Assembly: GCA_043228905.1 (NCBI GenBank)
Contig: JBHGNT010000009.1
Coordinates: 19,096,001-19,160,000 of the forward strand
Length of the DNA: 64,000 nt
Source: Azolla caroliniana
Lineage: Eukaryota > Plantae > Polypodiophyta
Direction of reading: 5' to 3'
Part shown: one piece after another, positions 25,601-38,084 of the stretch
How the letters are laid out: every line of letters starts with the position of its first letter
How positions within the stretch are numbered: position 1 is the stretch's first letter
The notes under the pieces: model-generated
What the model saw: only the letters and a program-made list of their open reading frames with translations
Databases searched by the model: none
What the model was told of the DNA's origin: nothing
Translations under genes and position numbers: made by a program

Positions 25601-28600
25601 ACACAACTTACGAAGAAGGCCCAAGCATTTCTTTGGTCCATTGAAGTAGATATGACTTTTCGGCATGTTAAGAAAGCCTTTACATCAGCACCAATTCTAG
25701 CTCATGTGGATACTAGCAAACCATTCATTATGGAGGCCGATGCTTCCGATTTCGCCCTCGGTAGCATCCTTTCTCAACAAGGAGATAAAGAAGAGTTGCA
25801 TCCGGTGGCTTTCCATTCGCGCAAATTCGATGTTGCCGAAATTAACTACGAAATACATGACAAGGAGTTATTAGCCATCGTGGATTCATTTGTGCAATGG
25901 CGGCATTTCTTCCAAGCAAGTTAGCAATGTGTTCCTAGCCCAAGTCATTGTTAGTACTAAAAGTACTCCCCCAGTACCCGTCCTAGCACTCTTAGATTCC
26001 GGAGCTAATTCTTGTTTCATGGATCGAAATTTTGCCCAAGCTTCTCAGATATCCCTAAGAAAACTTCCTTGTCCCGCATTTGTAGTAGTCATTGATGGTC
26101 GTCCCATTGCTTCTGGGAATATTGTAGAAGAACTAGAACCCATTCAAGTTGTCCTATGTAGTTTTGTGTGTGTAATATCATTTAATATAATTAGTAGTCC
26201 AGAGCATCCCATTGTCCTAGGATTACCTTGGTTTCAATTACATAATCCAGCCATAGATTGGAGAACAAGAGAAGTCCGATATTGACCACCCCAAGAACCT
26301 ACTCATCGAGTTTCGACCATCTCACTCCATCATTTACGCGAAGAAGGACACAAGGAGGCAATGTTCCTATTTGCAATATCAGTACATCCTTCCAGCACTA
26401 TTAAGAAGGACTCCTCAGTACAACTTCTGGCAAAATATCATCCTTATGCCGATGTATTTGACAAGGTAAAAGACGGTACCCTTCCGCATCACCGTCCCAA
26501 TGCGGGACAAGGAACCGAGCCACCATGGGGACCAATTTACAACTTGTCACCCACCGAGTTAGAGGTCCTTCGAGCCTACATAGAGGAGAACTTGGCAAGT
26601 GGGTTCATCCGCCATTCGAAATCTCGAGCCGGTGCACTCATCTTCTTTGTCAAGAAGAAAGATGGCTCACTTCGTCTTGTCGTTGATTACCGCGGATTGA
26701 ATAAAGTCACCATTCGGAATAGGCATGCACTTCCTCTTATATCAAGTCTTTTAGAGTGAGTTAATGGTGCCAAGTTTTTTACTAAAATCGACCTACGAGG
26801 AGTGTATAACCTCATGTGGATCCGACCGGGAGATGAGTGGAAGACCGCCTTTCGCACGCGGTATGGGTATTTCGAGTATACTGTTATGCCATTTGGCTTA
26901 ACCAATGCACCCGCAGTCTTCCAACACATGGCAAATGATATATTCAGAGATCTCTTGGATATCTGTTTGATCATTTATCTGGATGATCTATTGATTTATT
27001 CGAAGACCCAGGAAGAGCACGATTCTCATGTACTATTAGTATTAAATCGACTCCGCGAGAATGGTCTTTATGCCAAGCTAGAAAAATGTAGCTTTGACTG
27101 CAAGCAAGTGGAATTTCTAGGCTACGTCATCTCCTCGAAGATTATCCTACCCCTCACACAACTTACGAAGAAGGCCCAAGCATTTCTTTGGTCCATTGAA
27201 GTAGATATGGCTTTTCGGCATGTTAAGAAAGCCTTTACATCAGCACCAATTCTAGCTCATGTGGATACTAGCAAACCATTCATTATGGAGGCCGATGCTT
27301 CCGATTTCGCCCTCGGTAGCATCCTTTCTCAACAAGGAGATAAAGAAGAGTTGCATCCGGTGGCTTGCCATTCGCGCAAATTCGATGTTGCCGAAATTAA
27401 CTACGAAATACATGACAAGGAGTTATTAGCCATCGTGGATTCATTTGTGCAATGGCGGCATTTCTTCCAAGCAAGTTAGCAATGTGTTCCTAGCCCAAGT
27501 CATTGTTAGTACTAAAAGTACTCCCCCAGTACCCGTCCTAGCACTCTTAGATTCCGGAGCTAATTCTTGTTTCATGGATCGAAATTTTGCCCAAGCTTCT
27601 CAGATATCCCTAAGAAAACTTCCTTGTCCCGCATTTGTAGTAGTCATTGATGGTCGTCCCATTGCTTCTGGGAATATTGTAGAAGAACTAGAACCCATTC
27701 AAGTTGTCCTATGTAGTTTTGTGTGTGTAATATCATTTAATATAATTAGTAGTCCAGAGCATCCCATTGTCCTAGGATTACCTTGGTTTCAATTACATAA
27801 TCCAGCCATAGATTGGAGAACAAGAGAAGTCCGATATTGACCACCCCAAGAACCTACTCATCGAGTTTCGACCATCTCACTCCATCATTTATGCGAAGAA
27901 GGACACAAGGAGGCAATGTTCCTATTTGCAATATCAGTACATCCTTCCAGCACTATTAAGAAGGACTCCTCAGTACAACTTCTGGCAAAATATCATCCTT
28001 ATGCCGATGTATTTGACAAGGTAAAAGACGGTACCCTTCCGCATCACCGTCCCAATGCGGGACAAGGAACCGAGCCACCATGGGGACCAATTTACAACTT
28101 GTCACCCACCGAGTTAGAGGTCCTTCGAGCCTACATAGAGGAGAACTTGGCAAGTGGGTTCATCCGCCATTCGAAATCTCGAGCCGGTGCACTTATCTTC
28201 TTTGTCAAGAAGAAAGATGGCTCACTTCGTCTTGTCGTTGATTACCGCGGATTGAATAAAGTCACCATTCGGAATAGGCATGCACTTCCTCTTATATCAA
28301 GTCTTTTAGAGTGAGTTAATGGTGCCAAGTTTTTTACTAAAATCGACCTACGAGGAGTGTATAACCTCATGTGGATCCGACCGGGAGATGAGTGGAAGAC
28401 CGCCTTTCGCACGCGGTATGGGTATTTCGAGTATACTGTTATGCCATTTGGCTTAACCAATGCACCCGCAGTCTTCCAACACATGGCAAATGATATATTC
28501 AGAGATCTCTTGGATATCTGTTTGATCATTTATCTGGATGATCTATTGATTTATTCGAAGACCCAGGAAGAGCACGATTCTCATGTACTATTAGTATTAA

Positions 28601-31181
28601 ATCGACTCCGCGAGAATGGTCTTTATGCCAAGCTAGAAAAATGTAGCTTTGACTGCAAGCAAGTGGAATTTCTAGGCTACGTCATCTCCTCGAAGATTAT
28701 CCTACCCCTCACACAACTTACGAAGAAGGCCCAAGCATTTCTTTGGTCCATTGAAGTAGATATGGCTTTTCGGCATGTTAAGAAAGCCTTTACATCAGCA
28801 CCAATTCTAGCTCATGTGGATACTAGCAAACCATTCATTATGGAGGCCGATGCTTCCGATTTCACCCTCGGTAGCATCCTTTCTCAACAAGGAGATAAAG
28901 AAGAGTTGCATCCGGTGGCTTTCCATTCGCGCAAATTCGATGTTGCTGAAATTAACTACGAAATACATGACAAGGAGTTATTAGCCATCGTGGATTCATT
29001 TGTGCAATGGCGGCATTTCTTAGAGGGCTCTCCACATCAGGTCGTTGTCTTTAGTGATCATAAAAATTTCTTTATTTCCAGAACGCTCGCGTACTAAATC
29101 GACGGCAAGCTCGGTGGGCGCAATTCCTCACGCGTTTCGACTTCAAAATCACATATCGACCGGGGAAGCAGCAAGGAAAAGCAGATGCACTATCACGGCG
29201 TTCATATCTTGCACACGATGTGGATTTTTGACACCCCGATAGATTCACGGATTACCGATGACATACGTGCAAACTTGAAGACGGATAGTTTTGTTCAAGA
29301 CATCTTGGCGCACATTGATACTTCTCGGGCATCCTGTTCTCAGTCTCAACAACCAGGTATTGACTACTGACAATTCGAATATCATGATGGTTTGTTATTC
29401 TTTAAAAAGCGTGTATATGTCCCCGATTGCTCTTGTCGCCTTCAAATCGTCCAATATTGTCACGACACCCATACGGCGGGACATTTCGGTAGTACTAAGA
29501 AGTTGGAGCTAGTGCAACGATCTTTTTGGTGGCCCCACATGCGCCGTTTTGTCGACGACTACGTTCGGACCTGTGATGCTTGCTGCCGAGCAAAGATGCC
29601 ACGACACCATCCATATGGCTTGTTGGAACCCTTACCGATTCCAAGTAAGCCGTGGCAGTCTATTTGTCTTGATTTTATCACAGATCTACCGGTCTCGCAG
29701 GGGTTCGATGTTATCTTAACCGTCGTCGATCGATATACGAAGATGGCACATTTTGTTCCGTGTACTAAGGCTATCACTAGCGAGGAAACCGCCGCCCTAG
29801 TCATGCGTGAGGTATTTCGGCATCATAGCCTCCCAGACAGTATTATGAGTGACCGAGGCCCGCAATTTTACTCCAAATTTTGGCAGCATCTCTTCGAGAT
29901 GCTCAAGGTCTCTTGCAACCTCTCCTCCGGTTACCATCCTCAGACCGATGGGTAGGCAGAACGAACAAACCAAACGTTGGAGCAATATCTCTGGTGTTTC
30001 CTGAGTTATCAACAGGACGGTTGGGCCGAGATTCTCCACTTTGCGGAGTTTGCGTATAATAATGTTGTTCACTCCTCGACTCAGGTCTCCCCATTCTACA
30101 CTTATACCGGTTCTCATCCTCACTGGTCGGTGATCGACACCCCTGAGCTACCTACCAATCCTCGTGCCGGGGATCATTTTGAGAGACTAAGCAAGATCCA
30201 GACAGATCTCTCGACTCATCTTCGTCATGCTCAATAGACACAGAAGACTTACGCGGATCATCATCGGCTTCCCTCTTTTGCCATCAGAGATCGAGTATGG
30301 CTCTTACGTCGTCACATCAAGACTACTCGACCGTGCGACAAGTTGGATTATCGACGACTCGGTCCTTTCCGTATTACGGGTAAAGTTAATGATGTCACAT
30401 TCCGCCTTGATCTCCCTCCGCAGCTTCAGATACATTCGGTTTTCCATTGTTCTCTTCTTGAACCTTATAAAGCGAACACCATTCCCGATCGTGTTACACC
30501 ACCGCCGCCCCCGCTGGAGTTGGACGCCGTCCCGGAGTATGAAGTTGCGGCCATCCTCGATTCCAAACTTATTCGCAACAAACTTTATTATTTGGTCGAT
30601 TGGGTTGGTTATAGTCTGAGCGAACGCACTTGGGAACCCGTCGAGCATGTTGCCAATGCTCAGGATCTACTTGCTGATTTTCACCGAAAGTATCCGGACA
30701 AACCCGGTCCGCAGACAGCGCCAACTCGTTCCACTCGTCATCTTTAAGGGGGAGATAGTGTCATGATATGGCAAGACTTGAACCCATGACGTTATGGTAT
30801 ATGGGTCGAGCTCTTAACCATCACACCATTTATTGTAATTCATAGGATATTATTTTCATTTATGTTTTATTATATGAAAGTAATGTATATTCCAGATTTC
30901 TGTGGAACATTCTAGAAGTTTCAGGATTACTCCTGACAACATTATAAAAGAAGGCACTAGGCATTATGTTGAACCAAATTGGTTCACCGCCAGTCCTAAG
31001 CCTCTTAGCCGATTTGTACTTATCTTTTCACATAATATAAGAGCTGTTGTCATCATCTCTCTCTCTCTCTCCTCTTCTCACTTCCTCTCTCGGGAATCTC
31101 ACGCAGTCCCGTCCTCTTAGTACTAATAGTACTACTCTTCTTAGTACTAATTCCATTTCTGCTTTAGTACTATTCCTGACA
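22640..31181 (+). mobile_element. Tcn1-like chromovirus copy 2 with internal tandem triplication
   Basis: LTRs 22640-23046 and 30759-31181; TSD GATCG; frameshifted gag 23121-24279; pol rearranged. Confidence 0.95.
24352..29021 (+). repeat. Three tandem ~1.56-kb PR-RT-RH units (starts 24352, 25909, 27464)
   Basis: Near-identical ORFs recur at 1555-bp spacing (25890/27445, 26361/27916, 26802/28357); junction GGCATTTCTT|CCAAGCAAG. Confidence 0.95.
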
Positions 31182-31186
31182 GATCG

Positions 31187-32757
31187 CATCTAGGACTTTG
31201 ATTTTTCCATACAGTAACGTAAAGGTTCCATGAACACTATTGCTAATGCACTAAGTCGCATCCGTGAAGTTAACATGCTTAACTTCCTTGAAATAACATC
31301 AGATCTTTATGATCACCTTCGAGGAAAGTATCCTGATGAAAGTTAATTTGCAAAATCATAGGCAAGAGTTGAGTTTGGAACAAACACCACCACATCCTCG
31401 AAGGAATACTTCCACATTGCTAACGGTCTCCTCTACCGTAATGGGAAGGTCTGTGTTCCAGATTTGCCTGAGGTCAAAAAGAGAATTCTTTTTGAATGCC
31501 ATGATGCACCCTCAACAGGGCACCCTAGAATACATCGTACACTCATTCTCATCTCCACTCAATGCTATTGGCCTAAGATGCATCCTGACATACATAACTA
31601 TGTTACTAAATGTCACCAAGGTCAGGTTAACAAAGTCGAGCGACTTAAAGCCGCATGAATTTTACATCCCTCGGACATTCCCAATAATAAGTGGGAAAGT
31701 ATATCCATGGATTTTATTGTTAGCCTTCCTTGCACCCAAAAAGGCCATGATGCCATCTGGGTTGTCGTTGATAGACTAACTAAAATGGCCAGATTTATTG
31801 CTACTAAAACCACGGTAATAGCTCCTGAATTGGCTTACCAATTCGTTGATGAGTTATTTCGTTTTTATGGGTTACCGATGGATATTGTGAGTGATCGAGA
31901 TCCAAAATTTACTAGTGACTTCTAGACGCAAGTCTTTAAGAAGTTAGAAACTACGTTGAGCATGAGCTCCACGGATCATCCTCAATTCGATGGATAGATG
32001 GAACGAGTAAATCAAATTATTGAGAACATGCTTCGAGCATACATTGGTGCAAAACCAACAAAATGGGAACGTTATCTCCCAATTTTGGAGTTTGCTTATA
32101 ACAACTCCAAGCATACATCGACGGGATATAGTCCATGTTGATGTATGGTTTTTAGCCACGAGCCCCGATTGATGTTAATATACATCATGATGAGTTGCGA
32201 AGTACGCAAAACTTTCTTCGGGATATGCAAGATATGTTGCATATTGCACATGATAATATAAAAATAGCTCAAGATAGGGCGCGTGTTTATGTCGATCATC
32301 ATAGGCAACCTCGTGTATTCAACCCTGGACAGAAGGTATTTTTACGTGTACCTCACAATTCTAAGACATTGTCTAAGGGTAAGTATGCTATGTTAGCCCC
32401 ACGGTTTTGTCGACCTTTTACAGTCCTCAAATGCATTGGGTCATCAACCTATCGTCTCGCTCTTCCCGATGGTGTTGAAATTCATCCAGTTTTCCATGTG
32501 AGTCGTCTAAAAGAACTTCTAGGTTCTGGTGACAATACAATTACAATTGAAACTCTGGTTAGTTCTGAAGAATTATCTTCTAAACCACATGTACCAGAAA
32601 GAATTCTCGATGTTAAAACAAAAAAATTATGTACTAAAGAAATCCGAGAATTTAAAATAAAATACATGGATAAATCCATAAAAGATGCCACATGGGAACG
32701 CGAAAATACTCTCAGAACTAACTTCCCTAACTTTCCATTGCAAGAGTGCAATGTTTT
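31187..32757 (+). pseudogene. pol: Host chromovirus integrase plus chromodomain
   Basis: ECHDAPSTGH, SMDFIVSLP, VVVDRLTKMARF, IVSDRDPKF, IHPVFHVSRLK, PERILD..ATWE. Confidence 0.9.
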
Positions 32758-32771
32758 AAAGAGGGGGAGTA

Positions 32772-33224
32772 TGTTACGAGCATGACCATATAATATCCCG
32801 TGGTGAGAATTTACCGTAGTATTCTATACACGTGGATAAGTGTGAGGGTTAAACGAGAGTGTAAAGAAGGGGACGATTACTTTTAATCCTCGGTATTGAG
32901 GCAACCCATTAGGCCAAGTGTGAACTTGCCTGGGGGCCTTGGGTATCACTATAAATAAGAGGCCTAGCTACCCTCATTTCATCATCTTTTGACTACGTCG
33001 AGACTCTGTTCTTGTGGTGGGTCAACTCTTGTAGCGAGCGCGCTAGCACTAGGTACGACTCGACGCCACGACGGTGGTATGGGACGCCGATCGAGGCTCG
33101 AGTCTGTCTCGATCCCTTCGCTCGGGGGTGGTCGGGTGGATCGATACCCTTCTTTCTCTCTCTCCTTTCTATCGATCCATCTTTTATCCTTATCATATGC
33201 TTACTTTAGATCATATCTCTAATA
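32772..33224 (+). repeat. 3' LTR of Met-primed chromovirus
   Basis: Follows PPT GAGGGGGAGTA; followed by TSD CAAAG. Confidence 0.9.
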
Positions 33225-35924
33225 CAAAGGCTGACACAAAGTATTGGTATTGTAAGGACACAGAGAAAGCAACTGTTGGAAAAAGGAGGCTGATTCGGAT
33301 AATTCCGGGTTGAGCAAAGACGAAAACAAGAATCAACAACGATCACACTAGGCCAAAGGGTCGGAAGGACCCGAAACCGGAAAGGGCACAGTCTTTGTGA
33401 TGAAGCACAAGGCAAAATCGATGAAGAAGAGCACCTCAAAACCAAATGAGGTGTGGTATGTCGACTCTAGAGCGTCGAATCATATGACGAGCCACGAATA
33501 GTGGTTCTCATACTTGGAGAAACCGGGACAACCAGGAGTCGTCGAAACCGCTGACGACACCTCGCATCCGATCAAACATGTCGGCGATGTCCCCATGAGT
33601 CATGTCGGATAGAAGGGAAGACTGATGAACATATTGCACATTTTGACAATCACGAAGAACTTGGTTATGGTCGGATAGATCATCGACCAAGGGATGCAGG
33701 TCCGATCACCCACCTTGGCTGCTTCATCGAAGAAGAGGGTTAGATCATTGCGCAAGGGTGCCAGGAAGGGAGGATGTTCATCCTCAACACAAATGACATT
33801 GACACCGCATTGTTCACCAAGGGACAAAAGGTCGAACCTGATATTGACTTGTGGCATAAGTGGATCGACCACGTCAATTACCAAAGGCGTTAGGAGTTGC
33901 AAATGAAAGAAGTTGTGTTCGGGTTGCCAAAAGTCAGTGCCCGGAAGGCCCAAATTAGTGAATCCTGCAATCTAGGGAAGAGACACCGAACTCCATTCTC
34001 TAATGAGCGAAATCGGAGTTGGAACAAGCTCGACTTGATACATTCGGATGTATGGGGACCGACACTGAATGTGAGCTTAGGCGGGAGTCGGTAATTCATC
34101 TCCTTCATCAATGACTATAGTTGGCACACTTGGATCTACCTCATCGAAAAGAAAAGTGAAGTCTTTGACTGTTTCCGGAACCTAAAAAGCTTAGTGGAGA
34201 GGGAAACAAGAAGAAAGATCAAGTGTTTGTGGTCAGATGGCGGAAAGGAATACTGTTATCTACAACAAATGGGATTTCGGCATGAATTCAGCTGTAGATA
34301 TACGCCGAAACAGAACGGCATAACCGAAAGGAACAATCGATCGGTTGTGGAAGCGGCAAGGGCAATGCTGGAGGAGAAAAGCCTGCCCAAGTTTTATTGG
34401 GCTTAGCGGTTTGGACAACTGAATTCGGTGTGAATTTAGCTGTAGATATATGCTTAAACAGAATGGCGTAGCCGAAAGGAAGAAACATGAGTTGTATTTT
34501 GGGGGAAAGTGGAACTTGAAACACCCAAGGGTATTCGGTAGCATTGCCTATGTGCATGTGCCAGATGAGAAGAGGAATAAGCTGGACACGAAGTCGGAAA
34601 AGTGCATATTTGTCGAATACTCACAGGAATAGAAGGGGTATAAGTGTTATAACCCCCAGACCAAACATGCATGAATAATCCGTGACGTTGTCTTCGATGA
34701 GTCAACGTCCTGGTATTCTTTTCTAACTCCGACCCCCGACACCTCCGACCCCTCGATTACTGAGGATGAGGCCAATGAGGCTGACATAATCCAAGAAGAA
34801 GAAGAAGATTTCGACACTCAGGAGGAGAGTTCTATCTTATTTCGGCTGAGTGGGCCGAATGAAGAGTTGAGTCGGAATGACCAACTGAATGAAGAGCCGG
34901 TGAGGAGTGACGACTCGACCATGCACTCTCTGCACAAGGAACCGAGGAGACGGTATATGCACAAGGGAAAAGGGAAGATGAAGATGCTAGATTACGACAC
35001 GGATAAGGGTGCTTCGGATCCAAGAAAATCCAAAACCAACCGGAGTGAAGACGGACCTCAGGAGTTAAGATTAGATGTGACCAAGAAGGCCATTAAATCG
35101 GTGAATGAGAAGCTACGCCGATCGACTGCCACAAGAAGTCAGTGATCAGGTATGGTTATAACGAGTACATGGTGCACCATTATGCGTACATGATGAAAGT
35201 GGCGGAAGTCCATGAACTGGAGAGCTATGCGGAGGCATCACAGGATGCCAAATGGCGTTTGGCCATGAAGGAAGAAATGGAGGCACTGGATGCCAACGGC
35301 ACATGGGACTTGGTTGACCCTCCGCGACACTGGAAACCGATCGGATGTAAGTGGGTATACAAAGTGAAATACAAGGCCGATGGTTTGGTCAACCGATACA
35401 AGGCCCGATTGGTGGCCAAAGGATATGCACAAACCAAGGACATAGATTACGACGAGACCTTTGCACTGGTGGCAAAGATGATGGCGGTCTGTGTGGTGTT
35501 GGCAGTAGCAACGGCAAGGGGGTGGCATCTCCACCAGATGGACGTGAAGAACACGTTTCTTCAAGGAGATCTTGAAGAACAAGTATACATGGTCCAACCA
35601 CCTAGATTTCAGTCGGAGATGAACAAGTGGGCAATCTATTTACTAAAGAAGTCACTTTATGGCCTAAAGCAAGCCCCCCGTGTTTGGAATTCGAAGATCA
35701 CACACCGATTGTGTAAGATGGGGTTTACAACCTCCAAATCCGATTCTTCCCTATTCATTCAGAGAGGTTCAAAGGGTCCGGTGTGCATCTTATTGTACAT
35801 GGACGATCTGGTAGTCACCGGCCCCGACCTTGCTGAAATCTGCCAAGTGAAGTCTCAACTGTTAGATGCATTCGAGATAAAGGACTTGGGGGACCTTCAC
35901 TATTTCCTCGGGATTGAAGTGATC
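33225..35924 (+). pseudogene. pol: copia gag end, PR, IN and RT (host), truncated within RT
   Basis: ORFs 33897, 34194, 34450 and 35142-35930 carry copia motifs. Confidence 0.9.
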
Positions 35925-36178
35925 TGTTGAGAATTAGGTCCCTTTTGGATGGGTTGAATTCTACATAACTATCTAAGAAGAAGATAAAATATATAAATAG
36001 GTTTTGAGTCGAGCCTATTTAGGCAAGTTGTGTAAATAGCCTAGGTATAAAGACAACTAGGGGAAAACCATTTGATGTACATGAATGTTCTGTTGTGTTT
36101 TCTATCGTATAAAGACAACTAGGGGAAAACCATTTGATGTACATGAATGTTCTGTTGTGTTTTCTATCGTGTAACTGA
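35925..36178 (+). mobile_element. Truncated copia-type LTR with a 62-bp tandem duplication (36045-36170)
   Basis: Begins TGTTGAGAATTAGGTCCCTTTTGGATGGG, like the 54497 LTR start; no 3' end or TSD found. Confidence 0.6.
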
Positions 36179-36857
36179 GTACTGTGCGTGCAAGGTCATT
36201 GCCTCCATAGCCAGAACGGACAAAGCGTGTGTGAGAGAGAGACACTGCGAGTGCCTTTGTTGTAACCGCCGTGATCGCCGGTTGTGTACGATGAGAAGCA
36301 TCCTCGGCGGGGGGTCTGGTGAAACACAACACCACAATTGACCACCCATGTTGATTCATCGTTGACAAGATTTAGCTCGTTCTGCTCACTAATGAGCAAC
36401 AACTACTCCTCACTTGTCATGATGGCGGAGGTGCCCTTTGTTTCTAGATTCTTCTTCAATTCGGGACCATCAGCTCCGCCTTTGTCTTTCTGGTAGTGCC
36501 ATAAATACTTTTGGAAGAGCCTCAACTTCTCACAATAGAAGCACGTGAGCCACCCCTTGACTTTGACCTCGAACATGACGCCGATCTTCTTCCACAATAC
36601 ATCTGCTTTTGTTTCTTCATTAAAATTGTTATATAGATTGATGTCTATAAAACATTTGATGTAAGGCGCCGTCTTCATATGAAAAACCTCCTTGGTTAAT
36701 GCATTGATCTTTTCGGGCTTTTCATCTCCGAATTGCACCGACAACCAGAGGGTCTTTACACACCAACATATCCCTCATCTTTGACTTCCACACTGAGTAG
36801 TTGGAGCCGGTTAGCTTGAACATTCCTCCAAGATGTTCATCCATCGCACTGATACTA
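36179..36857 (-). pseudogene. gag: Copia element B internal part (PBS, deleted gag, protease), minus strand
   Basis: Degenerate Met-PBS 36846-36857; MDEHLGGMFKLTGSNYSVWK; knuckle remnant CFYCEK; protease TWVVNCGVVFH. Confidence 0.82.
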
Positions 36858-37577
36858 GTTTTTGATAGGAATCGTTCTCGGCCACAACTGACATCCAAAC
36901 TCAATATGGAAGAAAAACACAGAAAATAAGACGACACATTGTGTTAACGTGGAAAACCCTATTCGGGAAAAATCACGGGAACCCACAGACTCCAAACTGA
37001 CGGGAACTCAACGCTCCTTATCCACCACGCTCGGCCACAACCGAGCTTAGAATCATACACAGAAAACGGGAAATAATAAACGACACAAAGAAGAGAAGAG
37101 TACACAGGAGGTTTACATGGAAAACCCCAAACTAGGGAAAAAAACCACGGTGTCGTGAAGAATTTCGGCCAAAGGCGAAAACCGGGAAACATTGGCTACA
37201 TCGGCGGGGTGCAGCGTGTGTACGCACCCATGTACATTTAGTGTGAATATCGAGGGCGCCTTTATGGCACCGAAGAGTAGTCAAGTCGGGATAGATGATC
37301 CCATGGAAGTCGGGATTTGTCCCACGTTGTAACGCATCCCTCTCCTTGTTCTATAAAAGGAAGGGATCGCCCTTTCTGGAGGGGTTGCCCATTTTGCATT
37401 CGAGGGTATCCCGTTAGGTTTAGAGTTAGGTTTCTTCTTCTTCTTCTTCTCCCCCCTTCGTGTTCGTTTAGGGTTTGCTTCAGCTCATCTCTTGCGCAAG
37501 ACCCCGCTCGGCGCGACGAGCCCGTGAGCTCCGCGACGGCGGCTTGGCAGCAGACGACTACTGTAACCTACCTCAGT

Positions 37578-37648
37578 TGTCATGAGATGGCAAGACTCGA
37601 ACCCATGACCTTATGGTATATGGGTCGAGCTCTTAACCATCTCACCAT
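37578..37648 (-). promoter_or_regulatory. tRNA-like A-box/B-box cassette in Tcn1-like LTR (also at 6083, 11320, 30759, 42823; A box deleted at 22640)
   Basis: Minus strand TGGTGAGATGGTTAAG...GGTTCGAGTC with 44-nt spacing. Confidence 0.65.
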
Positions 37649-38017
37649 CTATTGTAATTCATAGAATATTATTTTCATTTATGTTTTATTATAAGAAAGT
37701 AATGTATATTCCAGATTTCTCTGGAACATTCTAGAAGCTTCAGGATTATTCCTGAGAACACTATAAAAGAAGGCACTAAGCATTATGTTGAACCAAATTG
37801 GTTCAACACCAGTCTTAAGCCTCTTAGTCGATTTGTACTTATCTTTCATATAATATAAGAGCTGTTGTCATCATCCTATTTCTCTCTCTCTCTCCTCTTC
37901 TCACTTCCTCTCTCTCGGGAATCTTACGCAGTCCCGTCCTCTTAGTACTAATAGTACTAATAGTACTACTCTTCTTAGTACTAATTCCATCTCTGTTTTA
38001 GTACTATTCCTGACAGT

Positions 38018-38029
38018 TTGAACCAATTT
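38018..38029 (+). promoter_or_regulatory. Self-priming PBS
   Basis: TTGAACCAATTT is the exact reverse complement of AAATTGGTTCAA (37795-37806), ~33 nt after TATAAAA (37762); no tRNA-type TGG start. Confidence 0.85.
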
Positions 38030-38084
38030 TTTCCTCTAGCCTACTTGTCACTCTCCCTCATCTTCCTACCCTTTCCCCTATACT

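Larger units (their letters stand above)
1357..33224 (+). mobile_element. Met-primed chromovirus (Ty3/gypsy), degenerate, RT core missing, carrying three large nested insertions
   Basis: LTRs 1357-1798 and 32772-33224; TSD CAAAG (1352-1356 / 33225-33229); PBS TGGTTTCAAAGC 1801-1812; PPT 32758-32771; gag 3486-4430; PR FLFDSGSSHNF ~14385; RH EVETDASDY ~22370; integrase and chromodomain 31400-32750. Confidence 0.92.
1..35924 (+). mobile_element. Degenerate Ty1/copia element, outermost host (pieces 1-465, 1194-1356, 33225-35924); LTRs not in view
   Basis: Gag N-terminus (ORF 12-341) reads on across the insertions (MLYT|EADRP; ..SK|ADTKYWYC zinc knuckle). Then come protease VWYVDS (~33450), integrase HSDVWGP (~34040) and RT (35142-35924, PIGCKWVYK, YKARLVAKG, LYMDD) in copia PR-IN-RT order, with many stops. 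Confidence 0.9.
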
